Origin: Seison nebaliae
Taxonomy: Eukaryota
NCBI GenBank assembly: GCA_023231475.1
Contig: JALJEE010001592.1
Location: 1-42,388 of the forward strand
Length of the DNA stretch: 42,388 nt
Direction: 5' to 3'
Shown: piece by piece, positions 36,901-42,388 of the stretch
Numbering within the stretch: the first letter of the stretch is position 1
Layout of the letters: each line of letters starts with the position of its first letter
Notes under the pieces: generated by a model
Database searches by the model: none
What the model was told of the DNA's origin: nothing
Seen by the model: the letters and a program-made list of their open reading frames with translations, nothing else
Made by a program: the position numbers and the translations under genes

Positions 36901-39596
36901 TTGTTGTTTATTGGGAATACTAATTGTGACGCATTTAATGTGCTCATCGAATTGGTGGTCATTGGTTGATACATGACATTTTTAAAATGACATACATATC
37001 CATCACCGAACATATCTTCGGGACATTTGCCACAAACACCTTCTCCATTCCAGAAATCGATACGACAAGTTACTCGTCGATCACAAACTCGAGAACTGAC
37101 AATTTGTTCCTTATAATAAACAATTGATTGACAAGGATTCGGTACACATCTCCTAGTGCCTTTGATTAAAATGAAATATTTTGGACACCTTCCACACACA
37201 TATTCATCGAACGGTAAATCGAGACATTTCAAAATTCTTCTCCGTCTTCTTAGACCAGTCGGTTGATCTCTTTTTTGACGATGACGTAATGAAGCTGGAT
37301 CAACATTATAACATGCGGATCGTCCAGTTCTTTGTCTAATATTTAAACATTGACTATTATCGGATAAACATCCAGTTGCTGACGCTCGTCCATTTCCAGT
37401 GAAACTAATCGGACATGGACCACATTTGTAACCGGCAGCCGAATAAGGATCATTAGAACAAGTAACTAATCGATGACATGGAGAATATTGTTGACAAACG
37501 TCAGATAATTCCTTATGATATTTAATTTGATCCTCTCCAACTCTCGATTGTTTCCTGGAAAAGATGGAATCGGTAAAATGATTCGAATTATCACCAGTTT
37601 GACAACCATCAATTCCGATAGCATTACCGGTAAAACCAGGAGGACAATTTCCACATTTGAATGTTGTCTGTGAAGTATCCTCGCAAGGTACAGTTGGGAA
37701 ACAAGGATTCGTTGAACAAGGAAGAAGAATACATCCATGAATTCCAACAGCATCACCGGTGAATCCAGGTGGACACTTACCACAATAGAAATCATTCACT
37801 GAAACATCATGACATCTCACATTACGATAACATGGTTGCGAATGACAAGGTAATGCTAAACATCCAAATTGACCAATTCCATTTCCTGTCAATTGTGGAG
37901 GACAAGTTGGACATTTGAATTCATCCACCGAAATATCGACACATCCTTCGTTATTATAACAAGGAGCTGAGGAACATGGTAATGTACGACATCCGTTCAT
38001 ACCAATACCATTACCAGAGAAACCTTTAGGACATGTACCACATCGATATCCATTTGGAGCATCTTCATCCAAAATACAACCAACTGATCGAAAACAAGGC
38101 GAATTGGCACATTTATCAATCAGACAACCATTCCTTCCTCGTCCATTTCCAATGTAATTCGATGGACATCCCCCACATGTTATTTTACCGGTTCGATCAT
38201 CACTTTCACATCTTGATAATGGATGACAAGGATTATTAGTTTGACAATCATTCCGTTTTATCAAATCCATATGGTTTGGATGCCCTGTATGTTCATTAAT
38301 TATCGGTCGACAACCATTAGGTCCAATCGCATTTCCTGTTAATCCAATGGGACAATTGCCACATTTGAAAGTTCCCCGTAAAGAGGCGTAACATTCAACA
38401 TTACTGTAACATGGCGAAAGGAGACATGTTTCTGGTGTTGCTACGAAATAAATAAATTAGATTAATGCACAATTTTGAGAATGAAAAAATTAACCCAAAT
38501 TTGGTGCACTGGCAACTTGTTGAAGTGTTTGAGATAATTCTTCAATTTTCTTCTCCTTTATTGTATAATTATTCTTTTCATTTCTATTTCATTTCATTAA
38601 GACAAACCTGACGAGTGATAACATCTTTCAATTCGGCTATTTGTAATCGATAAACATTACAATTAATTGATTGTTGATCTAATTTCGTTTAATAAATTAT
38701 AATTAATCGATAATAAAGTTAATTTTTGTTTGTTAATTGAATAAACTTGATTTAATGAATTCATTCGTCGCTATTACTTTGTGATCGGTTTTTCCATCAA
38801 TCCGTTCGGAATATGTCGGATCGAATGACGTTTCTTCCACCTCCTTCACATATTTGCAGTCTTGTGAGAATTCCAATATGTAAGAGAAACTTCGGTTAAT
38901 GAAATATCTCAATGGATGCATAGCACGCTTCGTAAAGAAAATTATTTATTTCCATCACAAATAATATAAAACCGTTTTAGTATCAAGATTTTTCAAATTA
39001 TCAAATATAATTGGAACGTTATCAACAATCTTCTGATAACGAGAACAGCCCAACCATACTTCAATGAATCGATCCGGCTTCTTCGAATGGAACCAAATTA
39101 TCAATTTCTCATTTCTGTCAATTCTTTTGTCCAAATTTCTCAATTTAATTTGATGCGAATAGACTAAGTGTGTCTTCCTTCCTATGATATAACCATTTTC
39201 GTTTATATCGTTATTCACTCGCGATAATTGTAGAGTGAGTGTTTCCTCTGGTTGATTTAGTTTTATGGCGAACGTTTTATTATCGTTGGTTTGGAGAATA
39301 AGTAGTCGCATATCACTTGAAATGAATCTATAATTTATTTGACGCTTAGCTTTCTCCAATCTCTGATAATACTTGAAACGTTGCAATAATTGCTTCAATG
39401 GATATAATAACACAATATCTTTGTGGTTCTCATAAAAGAACATTTTATCTTGAAATTTTGAATTTAAACAAATTTCACTTCTTAAAAAGTTAAACTAACA
39501 TGGTTGTCGACGGATGTCGGATGGTGGTGTAACAAAATCATGATTTGGTATTAATATTATGAAAATTAAAAAGATAACTAAAATTCTAAAAAACAT
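33973..39596 (-). CDS. THBS: Thrombospondin (type 3 repeats + L-lectin C-terminal domain) with expanded EGF array; multi-exon
   Basis: Signal peptide MFFRILVIFLIFIILIP at 39596, divergent N-terminal domain, short coiled coil, ~15 TSP-type EGF repeats (CxxxPC..CGxCPxGxxGxG), type 3 repeats DNCP..N..QxDxDxDGxGDxCD, and C-terminal domain DDDFIGIVF..RFYLIEWKK..TFWMSTPFRAVARPG..GGRIGFFTFAQEKVTFSNLDYRC. Confidence 0.95.
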
Positions 39597-40717
39597 CTGA
39601 GCAATGAAAGGAGAAGAAGAAAAAAGATTAAAAATATTTATCGGAAATTTATTCTATGGAAAAAGAAAAACTAGAGATGATGTTCATGATAAGTTAGCTA
39701 ATGGACTCTGTGCATAAATGTTGAGAAAGGAAATATGGAACTAAATTGAATTCTTGTAATAATTTTCTCCTTGAAATGATTGTGTGACTAATCAGGAAGA
39801 TTGAGATGTCTATCCATTTTGTTAGTCGATCGAAGTCAAAGTTTGAGCATATTTATGAGACAATGTCATCGATCATCATCATAACTCTCGTCTACTCAGT
39901 TAAGTGGAGAACAGAGTGAGTCGCTTAGCAATTGATGATGAAATGAATAAATCAGCACAATTGCTCATTTACATTAACATTTCGATGAGAAAGAGAAAAT
40001 GAAATAATTTAAAACATAATTATTCTCTTAAACAGATAATATATTGTCTAAATGAGAAGAAAATCCGATATATCTCCATCATCATCATCAACAACAACAA
40101 CAAGGAAAAATTTTGATTACGAAAGAGAAGTTATGAATGAGAAGAGTTTTACATTAAACTGACCTAATATTTTGGACGAATATTTTTAGAGATACGTCCC
40201 ACTAATCAATCAAATTTCTTTATGATCAAAACCATAAAATAAGGTAGACAATTTCTTGTGGTTCTCGAATGAGGTTGTTTCATGAAATGAAAATGAGAGA
40301 AAGAACGATCGACGTTCTCAATGAGGAATGACATGAAAAGCATCTGTGACAAGATCTGGTAATGTCTTTCCAAGTTCAGATGAATATTTATTATTAATGA
40401 TAATTAATTTATTGGAGCAATCTGTTTTGATTTCCTTGTTATGGGAAGTCAGCTGATCTTAATTTACGAGGACTTTGTCAAAGAAGACGATGTCATTCTC
40501 TAATGGATTTTCTCAAAATAATTTTCATTCAATTCCTGTTTGTTCTTTCCATTTTATTCAGTCGTTCTAATTTGGTTATTCTTCTTTCAATTACATAATA
40601 GATAAGACGAATTATCTGAGAAATTACTATGTTTTCCTCTTTCGGGAAAAATTTATTGAAATTGGTGGTAGTTCCAAATTCTTTATTGGTGTATATGAAG
40701 ATGGTGACAAGCAACAC

Positions 40718-40740
40718 ATGATGATGATGATGATGATGAC
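40718..40740. repeat. (ATG)7 microsatellite
   Basis: atgatgatgatgatgatgatgac. Confidence 0.8.
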
Positions 40741-42388
40741 GATTGTTATTATCAAAAACTGGAATAAGTGTATGTGTATGAATGTTCAATTTCCATTATG
40801 AACTGGCGGAAGTTCCACAAACAGCAATTGGCACAGTAGAATGATAGAATAAATAGAATATAAATGGAAGTTAATAATGAGAAGAATAAAAAGAGTGGAC
40901 GAAACTACGACGTCACCCGTCGAAAAGGAAATATCCTATCCTTTGAATTTCAAGTGCAGAAGAATTTATGTTCGTAATAGTAAACGTCATTCTTGTAAAC
41001 TAGAGAAAGGTGATGATGATGATGATGATAAAGAAGGAAAAACGGAAATTAATTTACCTTTTCTCAAACATATTTCCCATCACACATTTATTGACGTTTC
41101 ATATTCCTTGTGGTTTGTTTAGCTAATTTACTGCAAGACATAGAGTGAGGAACTGATTTCCCATTAACAATTATTATCAAGTTTGGAAGTGGAAGTTGAT
41201 TGGAACAATACAAACAGACATCATTCCACCTACAAGAAAAGTAAGTTACATAACTGAGGAAAGGTCAAATATAAAGTAGCACCGCAGTATCAGTCAAAGT
41301 AAATGATGATATTGATACTCAGTGAACAGTCAACGAAATAAAGTCAAAGGAACAAAAAAGAAATTTGATGCTTCAATTAACTCCTTTCTGTTAGTCCGGG
41401 AGGGCAAATTTGGAACGTTCCACCGATGTCAACTGAAACATTTGCTTGGAATTTGGCTACTAATCATTCCCGATAGAAATACAGAAACATTTAAAATTTT
41501 AAAAAAGAAAACAATAATCAAGGAAGTGACTACTTGAAATCGTTGCTGACCATGAATAATTCACGTCGAACTCGATGATAATTACTAAAGGAACTATAAT
41601 TATATTGGAAATTATTATTTCTCTCATTCCATTGTTGTTGTTCTTCTTGTTGCTGGAAAAGACGAAAGTCGTAACGATATCGATAAAATATTAATTAATC
41701 TTTAATATTACTTCATCATATCATCATACTCCACTAAACTTATCATTAACATAAATAACCAGAGTATTGTTTAACATGGTAATTCGTCGTTTCCACATTA
41801 ATCACTTGGAAGAGGAATGACGGAAGAAAACCTTTAATTTGTTTTCTTTACGCGGAAACATTCCCAAATCTGATTTCCTTTTCAACATATTCTCTTATTT
41901 AACTTATTTGAGAATATGTTTAATGATTAATTGATTTGTTGAACATCGGGGACTGAATTGGGGGAAACAATACAACAAACTCTTCATTAACGAGATAAAA
42001 GGTCGATAAGACTGATATATATCAACTTGTTCGATTATCATCGATATTCATAATACCTTGAGATCTCAATAATAAATATGTGTTGATGAAGTTTGACGAT
42101 TATTCACAATGCCAGAACGTTCAATAATAAGAATAGATCCATATCCAAATTCTATTTCATTACATAAGATGAATATCTTTCAATTAATATCTTTATCTTA
42201 ACCATCATACACCAAAGTCTTCACCAGTCTTGATGGTGGTGGTAATAGAATGTTAAATTTCCCAAATTTATTCATAAACAACTTTCACACATTTCACACG
42301 ACTCATTCTCAATTGTGTGCAAGTGGTGGATATGAAAATGTTGAACGAGTAGATATCGTCTCCACGTAAAGATTGAAGTGAAATGTTG

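Noticed and set aside
34802..38239. His-rich plus-strand ORFs opposite thrombospondin
   Set aside because: They are the antisense reading of Asp/Gly-rich (GAT/GGT) repeat codons.
40529..41537. ORFs with poly-His or poly-Asp runs upstream of thrombospondin
   Set aside because: The runs come from (ATG/GAT)n microsatellites; no domain similarity or splice context.
1..42388. Non-standard genetic code or non-GT-AG introns
   Set aside because: All genes assemble with GT..AG introns and end at standard TAA/TAG/TGA codons. Apparent internal stops fall in introns or dead mobile elements.
1..42388. CRISPR arrays, prokaryotic operons/defence systems, tRNA, rRNA or snRNA genes
   Set aside because: The sequence is intron-rich eukaryotic DNA. 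I saw no repeat-spacer array or recognisable RNA gene, though small RNAs could be missed by eye.

Overview
Very AT-rich eukaryotic (metazoan, probably spiralian invertebrate; organism not determinable from sequence) genomic DNA with compact genes and mostly ~40-60 nt spliceosomal introns. Genes from left to right: a FHOD-type formin (minus, runs off the left edge, with a candidate 12-nt microexon), a 957-aa orphan low-complexity ORF, an intronless class A peptide-type GPCR with deviant motifs, then a ~10 kb gene-poor stretch containing decayed mobile elements (a Penelope-like RT + GIY-YIG remnant and a ~2 kb long-TIR element holding a LINE RT fragment), then a very tightly packed cluster: a type II membrane trefoil-GH31 protein whose two catalytic Asp positions both read Asn, STK19, EXOSC8/Rrp43 and a thrombospondin with ~15 EGF repeats. 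The most unusual window-wide signal is the splice code: most 5' splice sites are GTT(A) with no +5 G, and AAG acceptors are common. All exon structures were assembled by hand and no database searches were run.
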